DNA of 64,000 nt from positions 34,030 to 98,029 of the forward strand of contig JAGAZO010000018.1 in assembly GCA_017940005.1 (NCBI GenBank), read 5' to 3'. Below the pieces are notes generated by a model. That model searched no databases and was not told the origin of the DNA. It worked only from the letters and a program-made list of their open reading frames with translations. This DNA is from Treponema sp. (GTDB taxonomy: Bacteria; Spirochaetota; Spirochaetia; Treponematales; Treponemataceae). A program made the position numbers and the translations under genes. Below are positions 38,521 through 48,831 of this stretch, piece after piece. Numbering within the stretch: the first letter of the stretch is position 1; every line of letters starts with the position of its first letter.

Positions 38521-38620
38521 GTTGCGGGCTTTAGCCCGCCGGCGCTTCCGCAATTTCGCTTTCGCTCCAGCCGCTTCACTCGCATAGCTCGCTCCAGTGG
38601 CCGCTTCGCCTGTCTAGATA
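38521..38620. repeat. REP-like palindromic intergenic element
   Basis: GCGGGCTTTAGCCCGC hairpin and repeated CGCTCCAG/CCGCTTC units. Confidence 0.5.
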
Positions 38621-38728
38621 CTTTCCCTATTTGCGTTCAAAATATATATCAGTTAAACTGTATCACACAGACAGGCTTCGCGTTGCTCCACCGCCTAACG
38701 CATTGTTACATGCATTGCAACGATATGC

Positions 38729-39775
38729 GTGAAATTCTATAATATCATCATGACGCATTTTGAAAAAATGAGGAGCCGCGCTTTTTTGCACGCGTTGTTT
38801 TATACGCGCATTGTGCGCGTGGCAGCAGCAGCTTTTTTTGCGTGCGTGTTGCTTGCCTCGTGTGGAACAGTTGCAAAGGCAGATGCAAACGGCTGGTATC
38901 ACAATTTTGACGCGGCAAAAAAGATTGCGCAAAAGCAGCATAAAAATATACTGCTCGTCTTCTCACATGCACGCGCGCATGCAGCAGGGCAAAACAGCAC
39001 GCTGCAAGAAACTGTTTTCACAAAAAAGGAATTCGTTGACGCGGTTTCAGATGCGCTTGTACTCGTGAACATTGATTTTTCTGACGATGCAGAAAAGAGC
39101 GAGGAGCAGCGCGAAAAAGAATCGCACCTTCTGCTCATATATAATGTTGTCGATATGCCGTCAGTTTTTTTGCTGACAGGCGAAGGCTACTACCTTGCTG
39201 AAATCATCTACGACAGCGCGTACAATTCGCCTGAATCATATGCGCGCATGCTGAACGAGCAGCAAACTGAAAGCGAACAAATGCGTGCTGCGGTGGCGGC
39301 GTTAAAAAAATCACGCGGGGCTGAAAAAGTGCGCGCGCTCGATGCGCTGTACGAACGCATGCCTGACGGTCGCGGATGGTGCCTTCTCGATGTCATGCGC
39401 TCTGTGCCTGCGCTCGACAAAAAAAACGAAACAGGGCTCGTGCCAAAATATGTGCTTGAAGCGGCAACGGCAGATGCGCTCTTTGCATTTTCAAAACAAG
39501 ATGTAGCAGGCGCGGCGCACTGTTTTGTGCATGCGGCAACATCGGGGAAACTCGACGCAGATTATACACAACAGGCGTACTATCTTGCAGGCACTATGCT
39601 CGCATCTGGCGGTTCAACTGACTACGATGCAATACTGCGGTATTTTCAACTTTCATACGATGCCGCGCCTCAAAGCATGTACGCAGAAATCATTCGGCAA
39701 ACGGCAACGCATCTTGAAACGCTCGTTGCAGAAGAGCGCGCGGCGCAAACGGCACGTGCAGCAGACGCAAAGTAA
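38729..39775 (+). CDS. Thioredoxin-like lipoprotein lacking CxxC, with TPR-like C-terminus
   Basis: LASC lipobox; WYHNFDAAKKIAQKQHKNILLVF..VLVNIDF. Confidence 0.75.
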   Translation: MKFYNIIMTHFEKMRSRAFLHALFYTRIVRVAAAAFFACVLLASCGTVAKADANGWYHNFDAAKKIAQKQHKNILLVFSHARAHAAGQNSTLQETVFTKKEFVDAVSDALVLVNIDFSDDAEKSEEQREKESHLLLIYNVVDMPSVFLLTGEGYYLAEIIYDSAYNSPESYARMLNEQQTESEQMRAAVAALKKSRGAEKVRALDALYERMPDGRGWCLLDVMRSVPALDKKNETGLVPKYVLEAATADALFAFSKQDVAGAAHCFVHAATSGKLDADYTQQAYYLAGTMLASGGSTDYDAILRYFQLSYDAAPQSMYAEIIRQTATHLETLVAEERAAQTARAADAK

Positions 39776-39777
39776 TT

Positions 39778-41061
39778 ATGGAAACAGAACCTCCCGGAAA
39801 TTTATTAATAATTTTACTCATCGCGGCGGCAGTTGTTTTGCTGCTGCTTTCTGCACTTTTTTCAATCTCTGAAAGCTCTTTCCTTTCGATGAATAAATTG
39901 CGCCTTCGCATAAAACAAAAGAGCGGCGACAAACGCGCAGCCCGCGTAAGCCGTTTGCTCAAACAAAAAGATGTGCTCATCAATACGCTGCTCGTCGCAA
40001 ATGATTTAGTAAATATTTTGCTCTCTGCAATTCTTGCCGCTGTTGCGCTTGCGCTTTTTGGCGAGCGCGGTGTTGGCATTGCCGCACTTGCAACAACAGT
40101 GCTCTTGTTAATTTTTGGTGAAATCACACCGAAGTCGCTTTCCACGCGCAATCCCGATTTTTTTGCATACGGGCTTTCAGGATTCGTTGCGGCAAGCGTA
40201 GCGATTTTTAAGCCGGTGTCACGCGTGTTCACCGCGGTCGCACATGCAGTGCTTCATCTTTTTGGCATGAGCACAAAGCCGCGCACGCAATCATTTACCG
40301 AAGAAGAAATCAAAACATTTATCGATGTGGGCACTGAAAACGGCGTGCTCGAAAAAACTGAAAACGCCATGATGCGCCGCGTGTTCAAGTTTACTGATTT
40401 AGAAGTGCAAGACATCATGCTGCCGCGCACAAAAATCACTGCGCTCCGTAACAGCGCAACGTATCACGAAATTCTTGAAACTGCAGAGCGCACGCATTTT
40501 TCGCGCTTTCCTGTTTTTCGCAAAGACATTGACGACATCGTTGGCGTGCTGTACATAAAAGATTTACTTGCATACAAAACAAACCCGCAAAAATTTTCTA
40601 TGCACAATGTGATGCGCGAGCCGCTTTTTATACTCGGCACAAAAAAAATGTCTTCAGCGCAGCATATGCTTACAGAAAACAGGCAGTCGCTTGCAATTGT
40701 CGTTGACGAGTATTCTGGCACTGACGGCATCATCACGCAAGATGACATCTCTCAAGAGATTTTTGGCGTAACAGAAAAAAGTGTGCGCAACAAAACAGCG
40801 CATGTCAAAATAGAAAACACGCGTGATTTTATTGCGCACGGTAGCATGCTCTTGCGTGATGTAAACGAGTTACTGCATATTTCGCTAACCTCTGAAATAA
40901 ACGAAACGCTTGGCGGCTGGCTCACTGAAAAAATTAATAATCTTCCGCAGACGGGAGACAGCGTCATATTTGATGAATATCGTTTCGTTGTGCTGTCAAT
41001 CAAAGAGCGTCGTGTTAATAAAGTGCATGTGACGCACATTGAATCAAGAGGAGATACGTGA
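39778..41061 (+). CDS. CNNM/HlyC-CorC family CBS-domain membrane protein
   Basis: FSISESS, IFGEITPK, FSRFPV, VDEYSGTDG, TLGGWL. Confidence 0.92.
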   Translation: METEPPGNLLIILLIAAAVVLLLLSALFSISESSFLSMNKLRLRIKQKSGDKRAARVSRLLKQKDVLINTLLVANDLVNILLSAILAAVALALFGERGVGIAALATTVLLLIFGEITPKSLSTRNPDFFAYGLSGFVAASVAIFKPVSRVFTAVAHAVLHLFGMSTKPRTQSFTEEEIKTFIDVGTENGVLEKTENAMMRRVFKFTDLEVQDIMLPRTKITALRNSATYHEILETAERTHFSRFPVFRKDIDDIVGVLYIKDLLAYKTNPQKFSMHNVMREPLFILGTKKMSSAQHMLTENRQSLAIVVDEYSGTDGIITQDDISQEIFGVTEKSVRNKTAHVKIENTRDFIAHGSMLLRDVNELLHISLTSEINETLGGWLTEKINNLPQTGDSVIFDEYRFVVLSIKERRVNKVHVTHIESRGDT

Positions 41062-42353
41062 TGATGCGCATCATTGTCATTCTGCTCGTGTTGCTGCTGT
41101 TTGTCTCGCTCATTGCATTTTTTGCAGCATCTGAAACAGCGTACCTTTCGCTTTCAAAAATAAAGCTGCGGCATCTTGTACAGAGCAACAAACGCAACGC
41201 AAAAACTGCACTGCATCTCCGAAACGATATCGACAAATTGCTTACGCTCGTGCTCGTAGGCACCAATTTTTTCAACGCCGCGTCTGCATCCCTTGCAACG
41301 GCACTTGCAGTTTCGCTCGTAGGGCAGAGCGGCGTAGGCATTGCAACAGTTGCGATTACTGCGCTCGTCGCGATTTTTGGCAATATTGTTCCAAAAACTG
41401 CCGCTGTGCTGTACCCTGAAAAAATTGCGCTCACATTTGCGCCTGCGCTCAACGCGTTAAAAAAAATATTTTTTCTTGTCGTATGGTTTTTCTCGCAGAT
41501 TGCTCGTGGCGTTTCATATGTCGCAGGCGCATTTTGGAAAAGCACTGGCGATGAAGTGACTGAAGACGACATTAAAATGCTCATTCAAGTGGGGCTTCGA
41601 GAAGGAACGCTTGAGGCAGACGAGAGCAAAATGCTCACCAAAATATTTGAGTTTAGCGATTTGAGCGCGCATGACATTATGAAGCATCGTTCGTTTGTCA
41701 ATGCCATATCTGTAGACAGCACAGGCAGCGAGGCAACGACGCTGTTCTTGTCGTCTGGCTGTTCGCGTGTACCTGTATACGAACATTCGCTCGATTCAAT
41801 TGTCGGCGTGCTCGATTACAAAGCGGTGCTTTTTGCGTCAAGCAAAGATTTTGAGCGCAGTGATTTTATTAAACGCAACATGACAGATGCGCTTTTTGTG
41901 CCTGAAACATTTACCGCGCTCGAAGTGCTTGCGTCATTCAAAAAAGCACACAACGATTTCGCTGTAGTGCTCGATGAGCAGGGATGCACTGCTGGAATCG
42001 TTACGCTGGATGATGTCATGCGCGTCGTGTTTGGCCGCATGACTGACGAAAATGCCACGAGCGATGTTGCGCCCGAAGCGCGCATAAAAATTATCAACAT
42101 GTCTGAATACGTTGTACCAGGCGACATGAAGCTCGACGATGTAAACGAGATTATCAAGCTGCATTTGGAGTCTGAAGATTTCAACACGCTCGGCGGCTGG
42201 CTGCTTGAAAAATTCGGCTATCTTCCGAATGCAGGAGATGTGCTTGTAGACGGCACTACTATATACATCGTGGAAGACCAAGCGCGGCGGCGCATACTTT
42301 CTGTTCGCATCAAAAAAGGCGTTGACAGAATGCGAAAGCAACTTGCAAAATGA
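41058..42353 (+). CDS. CNNM/HlyC-CorC family CBS-domain membrane protein (tandem paralog)
   Basis: FAASETA, IFGNIVPK, SRVPV, LDEQGCTAG, TLGGWL. Confidence 0.92.
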   Translation: MMMRIIVILLVLLLFVSLIAFFAASETAYLSLSKIKLRHLVQSNKRNAKTALHLRNDIDKLLTLVLVGTNFFNAASASLATALAVSLVGQSGVGIATVAITALVAIFGNIVPKTAAVLYPEKIALTFAPALNALKKIFFLVVWFFSQIARGVSYVAGAFWKSTGDEVTEDDIKMLIQVGLREGTLEADESKMLTKIFEFSDLSAHDIMKHRSFVNAISVDSTGSEATTLFLSSGCSRVPVYEHSLDSIVGVLDYKAVLFASSKDFERSDFIKRNMTDALFVPETFTALEVLASFKKAHNDFAVVLDEQGCTAGIVTLDDVMRVVFGRMTDENATSDVAPEARIKIINMSEYVVPGDMKLDDVNEIIKLHLESEDFNTLGGWLLEKFGYLPNAGDVLVDGTTIYIVEDQARRRILSVRIKKGVDRMRKQLAK

Positions 42354-42449
42354 GATGCGGCAATTTCTGCACACGCAAAAAAACGAAACAGTATGTGCCA
42401 GTTCTTGCGCGTCAAAAAGCAAAATGATATGCGCCGATTCCCGCGCATG

Positions 42450-43550
42450 TCAAAAGGCGAAGCGGTATGTGCCGCCGAGCGAGATGTCAACATAGTTGAA
42501 GCCCGCGCCGCTGCGATCGTTTGACTGTCGCCACGGACCTGATTCTGATACAGCCCAATAAGTTGTGCCCTGCAATATCTGCGAAAGCGTCCAGCGTATA
42601 TTGAATGAAAACAAAAAATTTTTTGTCACATCATATGATACTATCGCTTCTGTTTTACATGCGGCAAAGAATCCGTGTACTACATCGGCATAATATGTTG
42701 TACTGATAATTTCTTTTGTTGCTTTACGCATTTTATGATGACTATCAAGCGATTGAAAATAAAGATACGGCGAAATTGCAAACGCAAGCGACAGGGACAA
42801 GCGATTCTTTACAAATCTCATATCCATTGCACTACCAAGCCATGTAATAACTTCTTCGCGCATGTAATCAATAGGACTTAAGTCACCTTTGTTGTACACG
42901 ACTGCTTTTTCGTCAGTATATGGCAACCCGATATGAGCCCCCAACGTATTGGCATCAGCATACCACCCATAGCCATTTTGTGCGTTAAGCATAATATGAT
43001 TAAAATCGAGTCCGCAAAAGACATTAATTGCAAATGAATCTGTTTTTCTGCATGTATATGAAAATGCTCCACCTACAGCATATGCATTTTTCAAAGAGTT
43101 TTCGTTTATTGAATAGTTCGTTTTTGTTTTTGTGTCACCGTACTCGCGTACATTTGTCCAATCAGAATCATACATAGCTCCGCATCGCATCGGAATAAAA
43201 CCACGCCCGTATCCTAAAAGTGCAAGCCCTCTCCACGCTACTGAAATTTTTCCGCCATAATAAAGAATTGGTTTTATCTCCCAATCAAGTTCACTAACTT
43301 TTTCATATGTTCCCGCTACAGATTGTCCAAACAAGTATTCATAAATCGTTCCGCTGTAAAATCCAAAACATGGTGTAATGGTAATGCGCCAGTCATTTGC
43401 AAATGCTTTTGATGAAAAGCTCGCGCTAACGACGATAAGTAGAAAATTAATAATTATTAATCTTAACCACGCAAGATTTTTTTTTGAAAATCTATTGCAT
43501 TGAATATTTTGATAGTATGCATGTATTGCCACTGCGTTAGTTTGATTCAT
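42450..43550 (-). CDS. Omptin-family outer membrane protease
   Basis: VSELDW, MYDSDW and DSH catalytic-like motifs; terminal YRFAF beta-strand. Confidence 0.8.
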   Translation of the reverse strand: MNQTNAVAIHAYYQNIQCNRFSKKNLAWLRLIIINFLLIVVSASFSSKAFANDWRITITPCFGFYSGTIYEYLFGQSVAGTYEKVSELDWEIKPILYYGGKISVAWRGLALLGYGRGFIPMRCGAMYDSDWTNVREYGDTKTKTNYSINENSLKNAYAVGGAFSYTCRKTDSFAINVFCGLDFNHIMLNAQNGYGWYADANTLGAHIGLPYTDEKAVVYNKGDLSPIDYMREEVITWLGSAMDMRFVKNRLSLSLAFAISPYLYFQSLDSHHKMRKATKEIISTTYYADVVHGFFAACKTEAIVSYDVTKNFLFSFNIRWTLSQILQGTTYWAVSESGPWRQSNDRSGAGFNYVDISLGGTYRFAF

Positions 43551-44292
43551 TGAGCGGATCTACCTTATATAGTTTTCCAAGCTGCTTACGTGTAACATCC
43601 ATATCTTTTTGATACGGTGCGATAAATGTCATGCGCTCATTTGTGGTTGGATGCAAAATTGTTAATATATATGCATGGAGCGCAAGACGGCTTAAAATCG
43701 GTTTTTCTGAAAACTCATCTCCGCGCCATGTACGTTTTATTTCACTCAACCGCACGGGCATTTGCTTGCCACCGTAAAGTGGATCGCATACAATGTACAC
43801 GCCATTTGCGGCAAGATGCGCGCGTATTTGATGCGTGCGTCCAGTTTTAGGAACGGCCTTAATCCATGAGTATGCTCCACACGCACCGAGCAACCAAAAG
43901 TCAGTGACTGAATATTTGCCGCTTTTTTTGTTTACAACAGTGCGGTGTCGCGCATCGCCATTAGGAAGCAGAGGAAGTGTTACATGAAGGTTTTTCCATA
44001 ACGGGCGACCATGCACAAGGCAGTGATATATTTTTTCAACACTTCTGTTCTCAAACTGCTGTGAAAGCGAACGATGAGTCTGTTCATTCCGCGCATATAC
44101 AATAACACCAGATGTATCTTTGTCAATGCGGTGCACGGCAAACAATTTACCAAACTCTCTTTCAGCAAGCATGTCGAGGCGCAGAGCAGTTTCATCATAT
44201 CTGTCGCTCGCCACAAGCAATCCGCTCCGTTTGTTGAACACAGCTATATCATTATCAGAGTAAAGCACTGTGTAGTCAGGGATACTATGCAT
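43537..44292 (-). CDS. RluA-family pseudouridine synthase
   Basis: HRIDKDTSG, TGRTHQIRAHL, RLALHA. Confidence 0.93.
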   Translation of the reverse strand: MHSIPDYTVLYSDNDIAVFNKRSGLLVASDRYDETALRLDMLAEREFGKLFAVHRIDKDTSGVIVYARNEQTHRSLSQQFENRSVEKIYHCLVHGRPLWKNLHVTLPLLPNGDARHRTVVNKKSGKYSVTDFWLLGACGAYSWIKAVPKTGRTHQIRAHLAANGVYIVCDPLYGGKQMPVRLSEIKRTWRGDEFSEKPILSRLALHAYILTILHPTTNERMTFIAPYQKDMDVTRKQLGKLYKVDPLNESN

Positions 44293-44507
44293 ACTATCAG
44301 CATAATGGAATAAGACGCATTCTGCAACGGCTACAAAACGAACAAATACCATTTATGGCTGCATGCAAACAGTGCATTGCAGATAAGATAAATATTTTAT
44401 TGACATACATATGAGTAATGGTTTATTATTTTACAGTACTTGTATAAAATAATGATATACCTATAACATGCAATCTGTTGTTACGACTCTGTTTTCTTGA
44501 GAGGAAT

Positions 44508-44987
44508 ATGGTGCAGCCATCAGATAAAACCACAAACTACATCGTTTGGGATAAAAAATTTGAACTTGGCATTCCTATGATTGATGCACAGCATAAAAAA
44601 ATCGTTGACATGTGCAATGAACTATATCAAGTTCTTGCACACACAAATCGTGAAGATGAAAAAGCATGGCAGAATGCGATGCGCAAAACACTGCAAGAGG
44701 CTGCAAAGTATGTAAACGAACATTTCCGAAGCGAAGAAGGGTTGCTCAAAGCCGCTTGCTATAAAAATTTCGACGGACATAAATGCAAGCATACAGAATT
44801 CATAAAAGAAATTCTTAACAAAATAGAAAATTTCAATACACTCACATACAACGATGCATTTAAATTTGTTAAATTTCTCTATGATTGGCTTTTGACGCAC
44901 ATTGCATACGTAGACAAAGATTATGTGCCTACAGTCAAAGCATATGCGCTCAAACGAGAACAGGAAAACGGTGCATATCATTCATAA
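44508..44987 (+). CDS. Bacteriohemerythrin
   Basis: IDAQHKK, HFRSEE, HKCKH, WLLTHI..D. Confidence 0.9.
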   Translation: MVQPSDKTTNYIVWDKKFELGIPMIDAQHKKIVDMCNELYQVLAHTNREDEKAWQNAMRKTLQEAAKYVNEHFRSEEGLLKAACYKNFDGHKCKHTEFIKEILNKIENFNTLTYNDAFKFVKFLYDWLLTHIAYVDKDYVPTVKAYALKREQENGAYHS

Positions 44988-44994
44988 TATACCG

Positions 44995-45585
44995 TTACAC
45001 TTCTACTCTGCCGCGGAAGCTCCGCATGAGCGTAAGCTTGTCTGTGTATTCTAAATCGCCGCCGACAGGAATGCCAGATGCCAGGCGCGTCACTTTTATG
45101 CCGTCGTGTTTTGCCAAAAGCTGCTGTATGTACAATGCTGTCGTGTCGCCTTCAACAGTGGGATTTGTTGCAATAATCACTTCCTGTATGCCGCCATCTT
45201 TTACGCGGGAAGCAAGTTGTGCAATGCGCAGTTGGTCTGGACCTATGCCATCAATCGGAGAGATTGCACCGCCAAGCACGTGATACAAGCCCGTGTATTC
45301 GTGCGCGCTTTCGATTATTTCCACGTCTTGCGGCTGCTCCACAACGCAGATAATCGTTTTGTCGCGCAATGTGTTCGAGCAAATCGGGCACGGGTCGTCT
45401 TCTGTCCACGAACCGCAAATTGAGCACTGTTTGATTTTTTCTTGGAGCGTTGCCATTTGCCGCGCAAATCGTTGTACATACAGAGCGTCTGCTCGCAGCA
45501 AGTAATTAACAATTCGCGATGCGCTTTTTTTCCCGATACCCGGTAAATGTGAAAATGATTCTACAAGTTCTTCAAGTGCGTTCAT
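44995..45585 (-). CDS. recR: Recombination mediator RecR
   Basis: LPGIGKKSA, C4 Zn finger, YHVLGGAISP, EVIIATNPTVEGDTTA. Confidence 0.97.
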   Translation of the reverse strand: MNALEELVESFSHLPGIGKKSASRIVNYLLRADALYVQRFARQMATLQEKIKQCSICGSWTEDDPCPICSNTLRDKTIICVVEQPQDVEIIESAHEYTGLYHVLGGAISPIDGIGPDQLRIAQLASRVKDGGIQEVIIATNPTVEGDTTALYIQQLLAKHDGIKVTRLASGIPVGGDLEYTDKLTLMRSFRGRVEV

Positions 45586-45595
45586 GGCGTTTTCG

Positions 45596-45907
45596 TTAAA
45601 GCGTAAGTCCTGGAATATTGAGGCCTTGTAAAAGCGTGCCCGATTTTGCTTTGAGCTGTTCTTGCACGTTTTCTATTGCGCTGTGATGCGCCGCCACAAT
45701 CAAATCTTCAAGCATTTTTACATCGCGGTTGTCTACACAAACAGGATCAAGATGAATCGCCGTCATCTCCATTTTTCCGTTTACTGTAACAGTGACCATT
45801 TTGCCGCCTGATGAACCTTCCGCAGAAATTTGCGCAAGTTCTGTTTTCATCTTTTCTGCTTCTTCTTGCAGCTTTGCAGTATTTTTTAATATGTCAAATG
45901 GATTCAT
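45596..45907 (-). CDS. ybaB: YbaB/EbfC nucleoid-associated protein
   Basis: GSSGGKMV..MLEDLIVAA; lies between dnaX and recR. Confidence 0.92.
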   Translation of the reverse strand: MNPFDILKNTAKLQEEAEKMKTELAQISAEGSSGGKMVTVTVNGKMEMTAIHLDPVCVDNRDVKMLEDLIVAAHHSAIENVQEQLKAKSGTLLQGLNIPGLTL

Positions 45908-45956
45908 TCATTCCCCCAACAACGATAATTTTGAGCAGTTGTATTGCATGTTGCAT

Positions 45957-48098
45957 TCACTGTTTCCCACCAATGATGCTCCCTTTAAAAACACTCTGCA
46001 AAATTTTTACCTGCTGCGGTATTTCTATCGCATGCGTCCTATTTTCCACCTCTACCAACTGCACGGAAAAATCAACAGGCTGCCCGCATAATTTTGCGAG
46101 CGCTTGTAAAATCATATTTTTTTGTTGGTCAATCCGCGTTTTTTGATATGCTGCACCAATGCATGCTGTAATAACATTGCCTGTAATCTGCCATGAATTT
46201 GTTTGCATAAGCGCAGTTGCTGTCATTACATCGCTTGACGAAAGTTCTGCTATAACACTGTCACGCAACTGCGTGATTGCAATAGTTCGTCCATCTGCCA
46301 TCGTATACAGCTGCGACGACTGCAGGGCATTTGCGTTACTGCGTATTTCATGGGAAAGATTTTCTGACGAGTATTCATCGTGCGGTACATATTCCTCATC
46401 AGGTGCACCATTATCCTCCCATTCGTCTGATTCCCATTGATTTTCCGCCATTTGTTCAGGCGGCACGGCTCCGCCATCATAAAAAGGGCACGCTGCTTGT
46501 ATTTCGCTTTGTACCGCTTGCTGCATACCAGTGCTCTGCGCTTCCCATGTCTGTCCTGCACTCGATTGTGAATTAGGCTGTGATAGCACATCTACGTGTT
46601 GCGTCTCTGCTGCCGACTTTGTAAGCTCATCGAATACAGCAAAATGGGGCATTGCACGCACACGAGAAGCTGCTGTTTGAGCAGCATCCTGTATTGCGTT
46701 AGACGCACTGCTCACGCTATTGCACATGCCGCTGTTCACGGTGTTGACGACTGCAGCTGTATTACCTGTTACACCAGCATTCACGCTATCCACTTTGTTA
46801 TCGTCATCAGCGTTTATCGCATTGCTTGTCACTCCATTATAATCACTTGCATTTGCTGCACTGCTTGCACTACCGCCTGCATTTGCGTCGCCTACACTGT
46901 TGTCGCTTGTATTAACCGTCCTGCCGACAAGTACACTACTACCATGTGCGCTGTCATCACCGAGCAGCGCGCGCGCATTGTCAATAGCAAGCTTTACTTC
47001 TGCAGGCGATACATACTGCGAAAGCCAGCACAATCGCGAAAACGCAAGTTCCAACTCATAGCGCGGCGAAAGTGAATAGCGCATGTCGCGATAGAGCTGC
47101 AAAAAAATTGAAAGCGCGCGCTCAACTTGCACTGTATTCCAAGCGGCAACAACATTTTGACTGTAGCGTTCGGGCGAATTGCCAAGCAGCGCTTCTTTTG
47201 TGATGCCGTTTTTAATAAGCAAGAGACTGCGGATATAATTTGTGCTGTTCGCAATGAGCTGTTCAATCGAAACGCCCGACTGCAAATAGTCATCGAGCAC
47301 AGAAAGCGCGTCATCGCTTTTTCCTGCGGCACATGTTTCAAATAATTCGTTCAACTTGTCTACGCCAACAAGCCCGAGTTTGTCGCGAATTTTTTCATAC
47401 GTGATGACGCTGTCGCTAAACGCGGCAACTTGGTCGAACAGCGTATATGCATCGCGCACAGAACCAGTCGATTCGCGTGCAATCCAGTACAACGCTTCGT
47501 CATCTGCTTGTATGTTCAGTTCCGCCGCCGCGCTTGCAAGCAGCTGTTTGATTTTTTCAACAGACACAAGCCTAAACGTAAACTGCTGACAGCGACTTTT
47601 GATTGTGGCGGGAACCTTTTGCAGCTCAGTCGTCGCAAATATGAACACGACATACGGCGGCGGCTCTTCAATCGTTTTTAACAATGCGTTGAACGCGCTC
47701 GTTGAAAGCATGTGCACTTCGTCAATGATGTAGATTTTATAGCGCGAAGCATTTGGCGGAAACAGCACTTCATCTTTGATTTGACGCACATCGTTCACGC
47801 TCGTATTTGACGCGCCATCTATCTCGATAACATCAAGACTTGAACCGCTCGTGATTTCCTTGCAGCGCGTACATGTTCCGCATGGTGTTGCAGTAGGTCC
47901 GCTTTCGCAGTTGAGCGCTTTTGCAAGGATACGCGCTGTAGATGTTTTGCCGCACCCACGCGGTCCTGAAAAAAGATATGCGTGCGCAATTTGTTTTGAT
48001 GTGATTGAATTTTTAAGCGTTTCTGCGACAAATTCCTGCCCGACTAAATCTTCAAATTGCTGCGGCCGTCGCCGCGTAGCAGTTACTTCAAAAGCCAT
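45957..48098 (-). CDS. dnaX: DNA polymerase III gamma/tau with long low-complexity linker
   Basis: RRRPQQFEDLVGQE, GPRGCGKTS, EIDGASN, IDEVHML; start MAFEV at 48098. Confidence 0.97.
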   Translation of the reverse strand: MAFEVTATRRRPQQFEDLVGQEFVAETLKNSITSKQIAHAYLFSGPRGCGKTSTARILAKALNCESGPTATPCGTCTRCKEITSGSSLDVIEIDGASNTSVNDVRQIKDEVLFPPNASRYKIYIIDEVHMLSTSAFNALLKTIEEPPPYVVFIFATTELQKVPATIKSRCQQFTFRLVSVEKIKQLLASAAAELNIQADDEALYWIARESTGSVRDAYTLFDQVAAFSDSVITYEKIRDKLGLVGVDKLNELFETCAAGKSDDALSVLDDYLQSGVSIEQLIANSTNYIRSLLLIKNGITKEALLGNSPERYSQNVVAAWNTVQVERALSIFLQLYRDMRYSLSPRYELELAFSRLCWLSQYVSPAEVKLAIDNARALLGDDSAHGSSVLVGRTVNTSDNSVGDANAGGSASSAANASDYNGVTSNAINADDDNKVDSVNAGVTGNTAAVVNTVNSGMCNSVSSASNAIQDAAQTAASRVRAMPHFAVFDELTKSAAETQHVDVLSQPNSQSSAGQTWEAQSTGMQQAVQSEIQAACPFYDGGAVPPEQMAENQWESDEWEDNGAPDEEYVPHDEYSSENLSHEIRSNANALQSSQLYTMADGRTIAITQLRDSVIAELSSSDVMTATALMQTNSWQITGNVITACIGAAYQKTRIDQQKNMILQALAKLCGQPVDFSVQLVEVENRTHAIEIPQQVKILQSVFKGSIIGGKQ

Positions 48099-48188
48099 AC
48101 AAGCAGTGTACTGCAAAATGTCAAAATCGGCAACGGGAATGGTTAAAGAAACGTTTAAAATGCGTACTGATATAGCCGTGCTTAACTC

Positions 48189-48243
48189 CGAGTTTTCACA
48201 GAAAACTTGCATATGTACGTGTACGCTAACGTGTAACTGCACG
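48189..48243 (-). repeat. Copy of the CGAGTTTT-N5-AAAACTCG REP-like family
   Basis: CGAGTTTTCACAGAAAACTTG plus a flank similar to 56661-56720. Confidence 0.6.
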
Positions 48244-48291
48244 CGCGAGCAAGATAGAACTTGCGAGCACGTGCTCTTTTAAAGAGCAATT

Positions 48292-48831
48292 TTATTGCAC
48301 ATTCGAATTACATATGCAGCTGTACGCATCGATCAGTTTTTCAATAGGCCATCGTCCTTGATTTGCAGGACTTGTGGATGGTAAACACACTGCTTGTATA
48401 TGCGTCTTGCTCTCACACAACTTTGTATACAGTTTATATGCGGTTTGCCCCGTACAATATATGCGCGTAATATGCGATTCGGTAAGCAACTTTGAAAAAT
48501 CATTCGGCACAGGATTTTTTATACTCGCATCTGACGCGCCACTAATGGTACATGAGGCAAGCACATCCCACAAAGCAACACGATGGCGAAGCACAAGCGC
48601 ATGCCGTTCTGCAATCGCTGCCTCGCCATCAGAATTTGCGTAGCACAACGTTTCTCCAAAAATAGCGGCGAGCACACGCCAAAATCTGTTTTGTTCGTGC
48701 ATGTAATAAAACCCTGCACTACGCGATCGAGGCGACGGCATCGTTCCAAGAACAAGCGCAACACTCTGCTCATTCCACACAGGTTCAAGCGGATGCACAA
48801 TGTGGGAAACGGTTACTTCGTTCATAGTCAC
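48292..48831 (-). CDS. UDG-superfamily glycosylase (deoxyinosine/MUG-like)
   Basis: VLGTMPS..GFYYMH.QNRFW, WDVL, LPSTSPAN. Confidence 0.88.
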   Translation of the reverse strand: MTMNEVTVSHIVHPLEPVWNEQSVALVLGTMPSPRSRSAGFYYMHEQNRFWRVLAAIFGETLCYANSDGEAAIAERHALVLRHRVALWDVLASCTISGASDASIKNPVPNDFSKLLTESHITRIYCTGQTAYKLYTKLCESKTHIQAVCLPSTSPANQGRWPIEKLIDAYSCICNSNVQ

